Assembly (NCBI GenBank): GCA_012517765.1
Contig: JAAYUI010000026.1
Coordinates: 31,843-95,842 of the forward strand
Reading direction: 5' to 3'
From: Caldisericales bacterium
Lineage (GTDB): Bacteria > Caldisericota > Caldisericia > JAAYUI01
DNA length: 64,000 bases
Position numbers and translations under genes: made by a program. Numbering within the stretch: position 1 is the stretch's first letter; every line of letters begins with the position of its first letter. Shown here piece after piece: positions 26,527-35,200 of the stretch. The notes beneath the pieces are model-generated. The model saw only the letters and a program-made list of their open reading frames with translations, was not told the DNA's origin and ran no database searches.

Positions 26527-28091
26527 ACTCTGCTACTTTCAACCCATACATTTTCTATGGCATAGCCGTTGTCTTTTTGGCACTGCTTGGCATTCTTGCG
26601 TATCTTGGGTGGGTCAGGACCAAAAATAGTGATGATTTCATGCTTGCCGGCAGGCGTGTCCCGCCGTGGCTGATGGCCATCTCTTATGGTTCGGCCCTCA
26701 TTTCGACATCATCAATTGTAGGTTTTGGTGGCAAGGCCGGCGAAGTTGGTCTTGCGATGGCCTGGATAATTGCGATCAATATCGGTATGGGTGTTATAAT
26801 GGCCTATATCGTCTTTGGGCCAAAAATAAGGGCTGTGGGTACTAAGATAGGTGCACAAACCATGCCGGAGCTCCTTGGCTTGCGCTTCAAGTCAAAATTT
26901 GTCCAAGGCGTTGCTGGCATAGTCAATTTTGTTTTTATGCCATTGTATGCCGGTGCTGTTCTGGTGAGTGTCTCAAGATTGATGGAAACAATAATTGGCA
27001 TCAATTTTGGCATCGCATTGATCATATATGCCGTAATCATAGCCATTTATGTTGTTGGCGGTGGTCTTAAGGGCATGATTTTTGCTGACGCTGTCCTTGG
27101 AATCCTCAAATTTACCGGTGTTGCAACAATGTTTGTAATAGTGCTTGCAAAAGCTGGCGGATTTGGGGCCTTTTCTGCTATATCCAATGTCCCGGTTCCG
27201 GATGTGCTCATAAAGGAGGGAGTGAGGAGTTTTGGGACCCTGCCTGCTTTTGGTTCCCCAATCTGGTGGCAATTGATAACCACGCTGTTCTTTGGAATCA
27301 GTGTCGGCCTCCTTTCGCAGCCCCAGCTTGGCGTACGTTTCCTCACGCTTAAAAATACCAGAGACATCAAGATAGCAGTTGGTTTTGGGGCCGTTTTTGT
27401 GCTGGTGGTCAATGGTGGAGGCATCCTGACGGGTGCATTGTCAAACCTTGCTGCTTACAGTAATCCCGCATTTGGCAAGACGGCAATTGAAATGGTAGGG
27501 ATGAACGTCGATTCGATTATTCCTTTTGCGATCAGGTCGTTTCTTCCAGAATGGCTTGGGTACATAATCCTGTTTACCCTGTTTTCTGCGGCCCTTTCCA
27601 CTTCAACTGCCCAGATACACACCATGGCAACATCTCTTGGGTACGATTTCATGATAAGGGGCCTTAGGGTCAAAGCTTCGATAGGGCTGGTTAAAGCGGC
27701 AGCGCTCATTTCACTTGCAGTGGTCATTATTGTTGGCTATCTGTTGCCAAAATCGATCATCGCAACGGCAACAGCCATGTTTTTTGGGATAGCGGCCTCT
27801 GTTTTCTTGCCGTCCATCTGTGGTGCGATATTCTGGAAAAGATGTACAAGGGCAGCTTCTATTGCCTCAATGCTGACTGGCATAGGGACGATAGCATTCA
27901 TGTACTTTTTTGTTCATATCAAGGAATCGGCCTCAATAGGTATCTGCAATATGTTTTTCGGGAAGCCCAGCCTTTTTGAAGGTCACTGGCTCAGCATGTG
28001 TGACCCGACTTGTGTTGCTGTCCCGCTGTCTTTCTTGGTACTATTTGTGGCTGGGTTCCTTACAAAGGTGACAAATGAAGAAAGCATTTAG
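26523..28091 (+). CDS. sodium:solute symporter family (SSF) transporter
   Basis: Start reset to ATG 26523 (MNSATFNPYIFYG). About 13 TM helices with an SSF-like N-terminal region (…DDFMLAGRRVPPWLMAISYGSALIS). Confidence 0.9.
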   Translation: MNSATFNPYIFYGIAVVFLALLGILAYLGWVRTKNSDDFMLAGRRVPPWLMAISYGSALISTSSIVGFGGKAGEVGLAMAWIIAINIGMGVIMAYIVFGPKIRAVGTKIGAQTMPELLGLRFKSKFVQGVAGIVNFVFMPLYAGAVLVSVSRLMETIIGINFGIALIIYAVIIAIYVVGGGLKGMIFADAVLGILKFTGVATMFVIVLAKAGGFGAFSAISNVPVPDVLIKEGVRSFGTLPAFGSPIWWQLITTLFFGISVGLLSQPQLGVRFLTLKNTRDIKIAVGFGAVFVLVVNGGGILTGALSNLAAYSNPAFGKTAIEMVGMNVDSIIPFAIRSFLPEWLGYIILFTLFSAALSTSTAQIHTMATSLGYDFMIRGLRVKASIGLVKAAALISLAVVIIVGYLLPKSIIATATAMFFGIAASVFLPSICGAIFWKRCTRAASIASMLTGIGTIAFMYFFVHIKESASIGICNMFFGKPSLFEGHWLSMCDPTCVAVPLSFLVLFVAGFLTKVTNEESI

Positions 28092-28533
28092 CATTATCTT
28101 GTTGTGTCTGGCCATGGTCTCGTGCTCTTCACCTACCTCATCTGCCATCAGGGCCTATACCGATTACCGTGAAGCTCTCAAGTCCGGGGAAATTGGAAAC
28201 ATACTTGCTTTCTGGCACCCGGAAATGCTCACAAGGAATGGCGATTCCATCAGGCTGGACATTGAAAAAAAGCTCGACACATACGGCATACTTCTTGGCT
28301 ACGAAAAGATGGAAGTGCTCTCGACAAAAAAACTCGAGAATTGGATATTTGACGGAATTGTATTCAAAGATGTTGTACAGCTCGATATTTCTATAAGGTT
28401 CCCGAAAATGGATGCCCTTCCACCCAAACAGAGCTCACTCGTTGCTGATGGGCCTGTTATTGCCAGGGAGTTTGTTTATATGGTTGATGTTGGCGGTTCC
28501 ATGAGGATACTGGCATGCGAAGCAAAATCCTGA
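28075..28533 (+). CDS. hypothetical lipoprotein (NTF2/DUF4878-like by eye)
   Basis: Lipobox MKKAFSIILLCLAMVSCS. Overlaps the symporter 3' end by 17 nt. Confidence 0.6.
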   Translation: MKKAFSIILLCLAMVSCSSPTSSAIRAYTDYREALKSGEIGNILAFWHPEMLTRNGDSIRLDIEKKLDTYGILLGYEKMEVLSTKKLENWIFDGIVFKDVVQLDISIRFPKMDALPPKQSSLVADGPVIAREFVYMVDVGGSMRILACEAKS

Positions 28534-29411
28534 CAGTATTAATTTTCTCGTTGTTTCTTGCCTCATGCGGGCGATCGCCTGTTTTTGAGGGCAGTTTTGA
28601 TGGCGAGCAGGGTGAAACTTGCCGTTCCGTCCAGACATATATCACAGCTGTTGCAAATGGCAACTTATCAAAGACCTTTGAATTTGAAAGTCCTTATCTC
28701 TGGCCTGGCTTGGATGAGAAGCTATATAAGGTGATGAGGGCAAAAAACCCTGATTTTGCGTCTCTTGTGGGCAAATCAAGCTTCAAGTTTACGCAATGCA
28801 GTGTTCAGGAAGGCTGGGGTCTTTATGGAAAAACATACGATTTGGCATATATCATTGCAGTTGAAGCAATGTGGAATGTTGAACTGACGCAGGATGAGAA
28901 AAGGATTGCCGATGTAGTTGGCAAGGGGCCTTTCCTTACAGTTGCCACAAAAATGGATGACCAGTGGAAACTCATGCCTTTCTTTGGCCCGGAACTTTTT
29001 GAGATCAAAGAGGCTGAAAAGGCCTACATTGCCTACCTTGATGCCATAAAGAGTGAGCAATTTTCCAAAACCTATGATTTTACCCCAATTGATCTCTTGT
29101 CTGGTGCAAGCAGGGAGCAAGTCGAGCGTGAATGGAAAAACAATAATGGCAAGGGAATTGCCGAATTTTTAAGGAAGCTTGAACTGAAACCGACTGCCGG
29201 AAGGATTGAATTTGCTGTCAACCACAACGGAAGGACATATCCTTACGGGGTTACTTTTAACCTATTCATGAATATTGACCAGATGTTATATCAAGGGGAT
29301 GATGCCCTTATAAAAATGATTTCTGATGACTGGACAACTGGGAAAAACACCACAGTCACAATGATTTACGAAGATGGCTGGAAGGTTGTTGCAGAGAACC
29401 CGCTTTTCTGA
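28515..29411 (+). CDS. hypothetical lipoprotein with two internal repeats
   Basis: Lipobox MRSKILTVLIFSLFLASCG. Two similar modules start VQTYITAVANGNLSKTFEF and AEKAYIAYLDAIKSEQFSKTYDF. Confidence 0.6.
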   Translation: MRSKILTVLIFSLFLASCGRSPVFEGSFDGEQGETCRSVQTYITAVANGNLSKTFEFESPYLWPGLDEKLYKVMRAKNPDFASLVGKSSFKFTQCSVQEGWGLYGKTYDLAYIIAVEAMWNVELTQDEKRIADVVGKGPFLTVATKMDDQWKLMPFFGPELFEIKEAEKAYIAYLDAIKSEQFSKTYDFTPIDLLSGASREQVEREWKNNNGKGIAEFLRKLELKPTAGRIEFAVNHNGRTYPYGVTFNLFMNIDQMLYQGDDALIKMISDDWTTGKNTTVTMIYEDGWKVVAENPLF

Positions 29412-29814
29412 CGATTTCCAGACACTCTTTCGCCAGCATCACGACGTCTTTTGGTGCCCCCATCGATTCCACCTCTTCGATTGTGGCCCAGGAGAACGGT
29501 TCCAGGATTGTTTCTGAGTCTGATACTGCTGCGTATATCATGTCAGTGTGGCAATGCTCGCCGTTTATGTTTTCGACAAGAATTGCAACAGGAAGTGGAA
29601 CAGTTTCTATCCCATAATCTGGGAACGAATCGAAAAGGAGCCTGGGTTTTACTCCAAGCTCCTCCATCACTTCCCTTATTGCCGCCTCGTGCGGCAGTTC
29701 ATTTTGCTCTACATGGCCCCCTGGTGGAAGCCATTTTTTAATCTTCTCATGAAAGTGTATTGCAAACCTTTCCCCATTAAAAACGAAGGTGGTTGCCGCC
29801 AGTTCATACCTCAT
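29356..29814 (-). CDS. NUDIX hydrolase
   Basis: Nudix box GGHVEQNELPHEAAIREVMEELGV. The 3' end overlaps the convergent lipoprotein gene by 56 nt. Confidence 0.8.
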   Translation of the reverse strand: MRYELAATTFVFNGERFAIHFHEKIKKWLPPGGHVEQNELPHEAAIREVMEELGVKPRLLFDSFPDYGIETVPLPVAILVENINGEHCHTDMIYAAVSDSETILEPFSWATIEEVESMGAPKDVVMLAKECLEIVRKAGSLQQPSSHLRKSL

Positions 29815-31040
29815 GAACCTGCCATTCTAAGTGGGGGTGCCCTGACTGCGGATATGAGTGGCGGGATGGATGCAAGAATTCCCAGAACAACGGCCACACC
29901 AACTGAAAGAAGAAGCAGGTCAGGAGGAAGTGATACCAGATTTGTGTTGGGTGCGTTTGGTATCAAAATCCTCAGCAGATCACTTAACGGGTTCTGCAAA
30001 ACAAGTGTAAGCGCAATGCCTATGATGCCGCCTATTAGCGTGAGCATGACTACCTCAAGACCAACTGATGTTCCCACCTGTATCGGTGTTGCGCCGATAG
30101 TCCTCATCATGCCGATCTCTTTTGATCTTTCAATGACGCCCATCAGTGCGGCACCTGCAACAACAATTGCACAGGCAAGAATTGCAACTATGACAACGGA
30201 AAGCATTATCGATCTGGCCGAATCAATGAGCCCGGACACTGTGTTTGCAACCTGGTTGATTGTCACTGGCTGTGCGTCATTGACGCCTTCAACGGCAACA
30301 GCCACGAACTCTTTTGAGCCAGCCTTATCATCAAGTTCTATTGCAATGGCAGTGTATCCGTTGAGGTCAATGATTTTTCTTGCTTCGCTGTCGTTTGTAA
30401 TGAAGAAGTTGTCTTCGGAAGCGCCAGTTTGGTCAAGAAGGCCAACAATGGTCAGCTCTCTTGGGTCCGTCTTGTAAGTTATGACTTGCTGGCCAATCGG
30501 TGGATAGGTGCCAAGCTCTTCCTGCTGTTTTTTGTCCTGGGCAATCCCGATCACAGTGTACTTCTTCCCGATTTCTGCACCGAGTTTTTTAGCAATGGTG
30601 GAACCGAGAACGAGTTCACCTTCCGTGGTTGGGAATTTTCCTTGCACCTTCCAGTTTGGTCTGAGCTTTTCAAAGCCAGGAGAAATGCCGTAGACAACAT
30701 GTTGTATGCCATCAAGCTCGAGGGTCCCCATCACAATACCTTGCGCACTTTTTACATGCTGGATTGCCTTTATCTTGTCAATTGCCTCAAGCGGGAGCTT
30801 GTTTGGGATGACTCCACCATGCAAGAGGAGTGTTGTTGAAGAATAGGGGCATCCCTTTGGCACGGCAAGCATCTGTACTCCAAAGTTGTTCAGCTCGTCC
30901 CTCATGGCTTTGTTATATCCAAAATAGAAACCCAGAAGTGACAGAAGGAGCGTTATGGATACAGTTACTGTGGCAATTGCCAACACTGTGCGCAAGGGTT
31001 TTTTTGCCAAATTGCGCAAGGCAAGCTTGAAAGTTGACAT
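29811..31040 (-). CDS. ABC transporter permease, FtsX/MacB/LolE-like
   Basis: 409 aa. TM1, large periplasmic domain, then 3 C-terminal TMs (FtsX-like region …MMRTIGATPIQV…). Confidence 0.85.
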   Translation of the reverse strand: MSTFKLALRNLAKKPLRTVLAIATVTVSITLLLSLLGFYFGYNKAMRDELNNFGVQMLAVPKGCPYSSTTLLLHGGVIPNKLPLEAIDKIKAIQHVKSAQGIVMGTLELDGIQHVVYGISPGFEKLRPNWKVQGKFPTTEGELVLGSTIAKKLGAEIGKKYTVIGIAQDKKQQEELGTYPPIGQQVITYKTDPRELTIVGLLDQTGASEDNFFITNDSEARKIIDLNGYTAIAIELDDKAGSKEFVAVAVEGVNDAQPVTINQVANTVSGLIDSARSIMLSVVIVAILACAIVVAGAALMGVIERSKEIGMMRTIGATPIQVGTSVGLEVVMLTLIGGIIGIALTLVLQNPLSDLLRILIPNAPNTNLVSLPPDLLLLSVGVAVVLGILASIPPLISAVRAPPLRMAGS

Positions 31041-31423
31041 CAGTCGATAAGCTCCACCCTGTGGCCCTCAAGCATTTCACCCGTGTTTGAGGCCGTCACT
31101 TTTCCATAAACTTTTGCATGGAGGCCCTTTATGGATTCTGGAACTGTAAAACTGTCCTTGTTCCTTGAGACATAAAGCCTTACCTGGTCGCCCGGCTTGT
31201 CTGTGATGAAAAACCAGCATCCTGCAGGACAAACTTCATCTATGTAAACATCCATTACAACCATTTTGTCATACAGTTCAGGGTTTGCGAATACCTGTTC
31301 AACAGTTGCTGGCTGGTATTCCTCCAGTTTTTCAAGCGGTGGACCAAACGTTTTTTCTTGGGGGCCTGATGGTCCGCATGATGCGAGTATGGCAATGGCG
31401 CCAAAAAGTACCACGAGTGCCAC
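31040..31423 (-). CDS. DUF4920-like lipoprotein
   Basis: GTG start with lipobox AILASCG. The motif VYIDEVCPAGCWFFITDKPGDQVRLYV…VPESIKGLHAKVYGKV matches my recollection of the DUF4920 pattern (C..GCW…D…v.f). Confidence 0.6.
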   Translation of the reverse strand: MALVVLFGAIAILASCGPSGPQEKTFGPPLEKLEEYQPATVEQVFANPELYDKMVVMDVYIDEVCPAGCWFFITDKPGDQVRLYVSRNKDSFTVPESIKGLHAKVYGKVTASNTGEMLEGHRVELID

Positions 31424-31429
31424 ACAAAG

Positions 31430-32107
31430 CTAATTTTTTTCATCTCTTGTTATTCTCCCGTCCATGAGTTCTACCACCCTGTCGCAGTCTTTTGCAAGTT
31501 TCTGGCTGTGGGTGGCGATAATAATTGTTTTTCCTTGTCCGGCAAGTTTCCTGAAGAGCCCGAATACGGCCTCGGCGTTTGCCGTGTCAAGATTTCCTGT
31601 TGGTTCATCAGCGATAATGACTGGTGGATCAAGTGCCAGCGCCCTGGCAATGGCCACCCTCTGCATTTCGCCGCCAGACATCTGGCCTGGTCTATGATTG
31701 TACCTCTGTGATACTCCAACCATTTCAAGGAGTTCCATGATATGGTCTTTCCCGAGTTTTTTGCCTGCAAAGAGTCCGGGTAGTGCAACGTTTTCGTAGG
31801 CTGTTAGTGTTGGAATGAGGAAAAACCTCTGGAAAACAAAACCCATGAGTTCCCTTCTCAGAATTGTTCTCTGGGCCTCGGAAAAGTCCTTAATGTTCCT
31901 TCCTTCCAGTGCCAGTGTTCCAGAATCAATGTTCTCGAGCATTCCGATGCAGGAGAGCAGGGTTGTTTTTCCGGAGCCTGATCTCCCCATTATTGAGAGC
32001 ATTTCTCCCTTGCCAATATTAAGGGAGACGTCCTGAATGGCATGGATGGTTTCCGTGCCCCTTTTGAAAGATTTCGAAATCCCGTTTGCTACTATAGCAT
32101 CATTCAT
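31430..32107 (-). CDS. ABC transporter ATP-binding protein (MacB/LolD-like)
   Basis: Start reset to MNDAIVANGISKSF (ATG 32107). Walker A GRSGSGKTT, signature SGGEMQRVAIARAL, Walker B VIIADEPTGNLD. Confidence 0.9.
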   Translation of the reverse strand: MNDAIVANGISKSFKRGTETIHAIQDVSLNIGKGEMLSIMGRSGSGKTTLLSCIGMLENIDSGTLALEGRNIKDFSEAQRTILRRELMGFVFQRFFLIPTLTAYENVALPGLFAGKKLGKDHIMELLEMVGVSQRYNHRPGQMSGGEMQRVAIARALALDPPVIIADEPTGNLDTANAEAVFGLFRKLAGQGKTIIIATHSQKLAKDCDRVVELMDGRITRDEKN

Positions 32108-33248
32108 CGGAAGCTGCCTCCGTCGGTTTTGTACTGGCGGCATTTTTGGCCGGGCCATAAGCAGCCAGGACTGATATCACAATGACTATGGCCAGTGTTA
32201 TCAAGGCCGAAGTCCATCCTATAGAGATGATGTTTCCACCTGGTGATTGTGGAAGACTTTTTTTGATCAGATCGCTAACGCTAGACGACAAGACAAAACC
32301 AGACAGGATTCCGGTTATGGCACCTATCAAGCCAAGAATGGTGGCTTCAAGTGTTGTTCCAAACAGCACTTGCCCACCTGTTGCGCCCATGGCCCTCATC
32401 ATCCCGATCTCGCCCTTTCTTTCAGCCACAGACGAAGCCTGGGTTGTAAGAATGCCTACAGCTGCTATGAGGATTATGATTACAAGTACTGAAAGGATGG
32501 CGATCCTCGCGCCTGAAATGAAGTCACTTATTGTGGCCTGGAAGTCTCCAATCGTGACAACCTGAAGGTCGGGAATGGTCATCAGCTTTTTCGCAACGGT
32601 GTCCGATTTTGTGGGGTCGTCAACCTGGATCAGGATTGAGGAGAGCATCCCCTCTGCCTTGAGAAGATTTTGCGCTGATTTCAGGTTCACGAAAACGAGG
32701 TCCTCGTCCTCTGTTGCGCCCTTATCGGCTATGGCGGTGATTTTGTAAGTTTTTCCGGATATGTCGAAATTGTCGCCAACTTTTGCTGAAAGCACCTGCG
32801 AAATCTTGTATCCGAGGGCAACTTCATTCTCGGCGAACGGTTTCTGAAAACCTAGTTTTGGCCTCATCAGGTGGTAATTTTCATCAGCGCCGACAATTAC
32901 ATGGACTTTTTTGTACGGACCGACTGGACGCTGCCCCATGATTACCGCTGAAACAATTTTTACGCCATCGGTTTTTCTAATTGGTTCAAGCTGGTTTTCT
33001 GCAACGGCATACCTGAGGTTGCCACCACTCAAAATGACCCCTGTGGCTTCATAGGGGCACCCTTTTGGGATTGCCAGGATGTTGGCGCCTATACTGCTGA
33101 TGTTTGAGAGGAGGGCCGAATCATAGCCTTGGGAGAGGCCCAGAGACAAAACCAGAACGAATGACGCCACTGCTATGGTCAGGCAGGCTGCAATAAAACC
33201 TGCAGGTCTCCGGAGTAGTCCCTTGAAAGCAAGTTTTATAAAACTCAC
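32100..33248 (-). CDS. ABC transporter permease, FtsX/MacB/LolC-like
   Basis: 382 aa with the same architecture as 29811-31040 (…MMRAMGATGGQV…). Confidence 0.85.
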   Translation of the reverse strand: MSFIKLAFKGLLRRPAGFIAACLTIAVASFVLVLSLGLSQGYDSALLSNISSIGANILAIPKGCPYEATGVILSGGNLRYAVAENQLEPIRKTDGVKIVSAVIMGQRPVGPYKKVHVIVGADENYHLMRPKLGFQKPFAENEVALGYKISQVLSAKVGDNFDISGKTYKITAIADKGATEDEDLVFVNLKSAQNLLKAEGMLSSILIQVDDPTKSDTVAKKLMTIPDLQVVTIGDFQATISDFISGARIAILSVLVIIILIAAVGILTTQASSVAERKGEIGMMRAMGATGGQVLFGTTLEATILGLIGAITGILSGFVLSSSVSDLIKKSLPQSPGGNIISIGWTSALITLAIVIVISVLAAYGPAKNAASTKPTEAASDE

Positions 33249-33787
33249 TTGGCCCCCTCCATGCTGTCAACAATTTCCAGAAGCCTGTCTATGTCAACAC
33301 TCCCTTTCTTTCTGCCGGTTATTTTACCATTCTGGTCAACAAGCATCAAATCCGGTATTGTAGACACCCCATATTCCCTTGCCACTGCAGATGTTGGGTC
33401 AAGTACCACCGGAACTGTGAGACCCAACGATCCCAGTATTGCAACAACAGAATTCAGCGTGTCAACCGGATTGATGCACACGGTCAGGATAGGGACCTTG
33501 TACTCGTCGCTCACAGTCTGTATCGCCTGGATCTCCTCGATGCACGAGGAGCAACCGTATTTCCAGAAAACGAGGATCGTCTGTTTTTCTACAGGTCCAA
33601 AAGTTTCTTTTGCACCCCCGACATCGGTCCAGGTGAATGCAGTTGCATCACCAAACTTTTCTCCAATTTCTGAAACGACAGGCATTCCAACAGATTCGGG
33701 ATTTACTGCAGGCAGGGAAGATGATCCGCATGACGCGAGAATGATTGCCGTCAGCACCAAGATCGTGATTTTGTGAAAAAATTTCAC
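33245..33787 (-). CDS. TlpA/ResA-like thiol:disulfide oxidoreductase lipoprotein
   Basis: GTG start. Lipobox LTAIILASCG and a thioredoxin fold with WKYGCSSC (CxxC). Confidence 0.8.
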   Translation of the reverse strand: MKFFHKITILVLTAIILASCGSSSLPAVNPESVGMPVVSEIGEKFGDATAFTWTDVGGAKETFGPVEKQTILVFWKYGCSSCIEEIQAIQTVSDEYKVPILTVCINPVDTLNSVVAILGSLGLTVPVVLDPTSAVAREYGVSTIPDLMLVDQNGKITGRKKGSVDIDRLLEIVDSMEGAK

Positions 33788-33916
33788 TTGTCACCTGCTT
33801 TCCTCAGTTTGCTTGTACATCATAGTAAAGCTTACTGCTAACTTACAGGGTAGTTAATACAATTTTTTTGCAATAGCAAGATGCTCAATAGAAAAAAATG
33901 GCAAAGGAAAAAATTT

Positions 33917-35200
33917 TCAATCTGCCGGTTTTTCAAGCGGTACATATGGCTGTCTTGATAACCGTGCAACTTCCTTCATGGCCATCTCGGTCAGCTCTTC
34001 ATAGTAATATTTGGACGGTCTGGCCACTTTGTCAATAGCTATTGGCCTGCCGACATTTACGATTACCTTGCCACGCCTGAACCATTTTGAACCGTATGGC
34101 ATCACTTTATATGCGCCTATAACGCCCACAGGAAGTATCTTTGCTTCGAATCTGCTGGCAAACTGAGCCGCACCAGTCTGGTAATTCCCCTGGAGTTTTC
34201 CATCTTTCGAGCGAGTGCCTTCCGGATAGATGCAGAAAAGGCCACCATTTGAGAGGGTGTTGCTTATGGCCCTGACCGTGTCTTTTGAGGTCTGACCCCT
34301 CCGGACTGGAACGACCCCAAAGGCCCTGATACAACTGCTTAGCACCGGTACTTTGAGAATCTCTTCCTTGGCAAGATAAACGCCCATTCTTGTAAGTGAA
34401 AGCCCGACAAAAAGAACATCCAGCGCTGATGTATGGTTTGCAATAACCACAACCGGACCTTTTGGTGGTATGTTGCCCCTTCCATGTATTTCTATGTCAA
34501 AGAGTTTTCTCGAGATAAACCATATTACCGAATACGAGAACTTCCACCATCTGGTGAATCTTGTTTTTCCAATCCCTTTCCTTGATTCTCTGACTATGAG
34601 ATTTGCTACCTGGTTGGCATTCATTTTTGTGCTGTCAATGATGATTGCATCGCTGGCAGGGACAAGTGGCGCTATGTCCCTTTCGGAGTCTCTTTTGTCT
34701 CTTTTTTTTAGTGCTTCAAGAATTTCTTCGTAAGTTGCTTTGCACGGGTTCTCGGCGTGCCTTCGTCTTGCCCTCTCTTCAATCGATGCGTCAAGATAAA
34801 CCTTGAGAGTTGCGTCGGGAAGCACCACTGTACCAATGTCTCTTCCTGTGACTATTATCGGGTATTCCGTGGCCAGCTCCCTTACCATTGCGTTGACCCA
34901 TTCGCGTAACTCTGGATCAAGCGACATTTTTGAGGCCAGCTCTCCTGTTTCAACCGAACCGAGTTTGTCTGTGGCGTCCTCTCCATTCACAATGAACCTG
35001 TCCCCTTCAAGTCTCAGGTTTATTTCGGAGAGTATTTCGGGAAGCCCTTTGCCAAGTTTTGTGGATGCGTATGCGGCGACCCTGTAGAGCCTTCCGGAAT
35101 CTAGAAATTTTATCCCCAGTTTTTTTGCAGCAAGCGTCCCGACAGTTGTTTTTCCGGAAGCGGCCGGCCCGTCGATTGCAATTACCGGGTGTTGTATCAT
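33917..35200 (-). CDS. cmk: bifunctional cytidylate kinase / lysophospholipid acyltransferase (Cmk::PlsC-like fusion)
   Basis: N-terminal half has the P-loop IAIDGPAASGKTT and Cmk-like lid. C-terminal half has a TM helix plus LPLAT motifs NHTSALD (HX4D) and YPEGTRS. Confidence 0.85.
   Translation of the reverse strand: MIQHPVIAIDGPAASGKTTVGTLAAKKLGIKFLDSGRLYRVAAYASTKLGKGLPEILSEINLRLEGDRFIVNGEDATDKLGSVETGELASKMSLDPELREWVNAMVRELATEYPIIVTGRDIGTVVLPDATLKVYLDASIEERARRRHAENPCKATYEEILEALKKRDKRDSERDIAPLVPASDAIIIDSTKMNANQVANLIVRESRKGIGKTRFTRWWKFSYSVIWFISRKLFDIEIHGRGNIPPKGPVVVIANHTSALDVLFVGLSLTRMGVYLAKEEILKVPVLSSCIRAFGVVPVRRGQTSKDTVRAISNTLSNGGLFCIYPEGTRSKDGKLQGNYQTGAAQFASRFEAKILPVGVIGAYKVMPYGSKWFRRGKVIVNVGRPIAIDKVARPSKYYYEELTEMAMKEVARLSRQPYVPLEKPAD

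Noticed and set aside
29548-30477. Long antisense ORFs in the track: 29548-30477, 1333-2268, 5489-6310, 15170-15796, 20741-21475, 36545-37174, 42299-42871, 44192-44833, 51626-52330, 52582-53334, 56896-57543 and similar
   Set aside because: Each lies fully inside, and antisense to, a gene with clear family motifs. Their translations are low-complexity (Ser/Pro/Arg/Leu-rich), lack SDs and are typical shadow ORFs.
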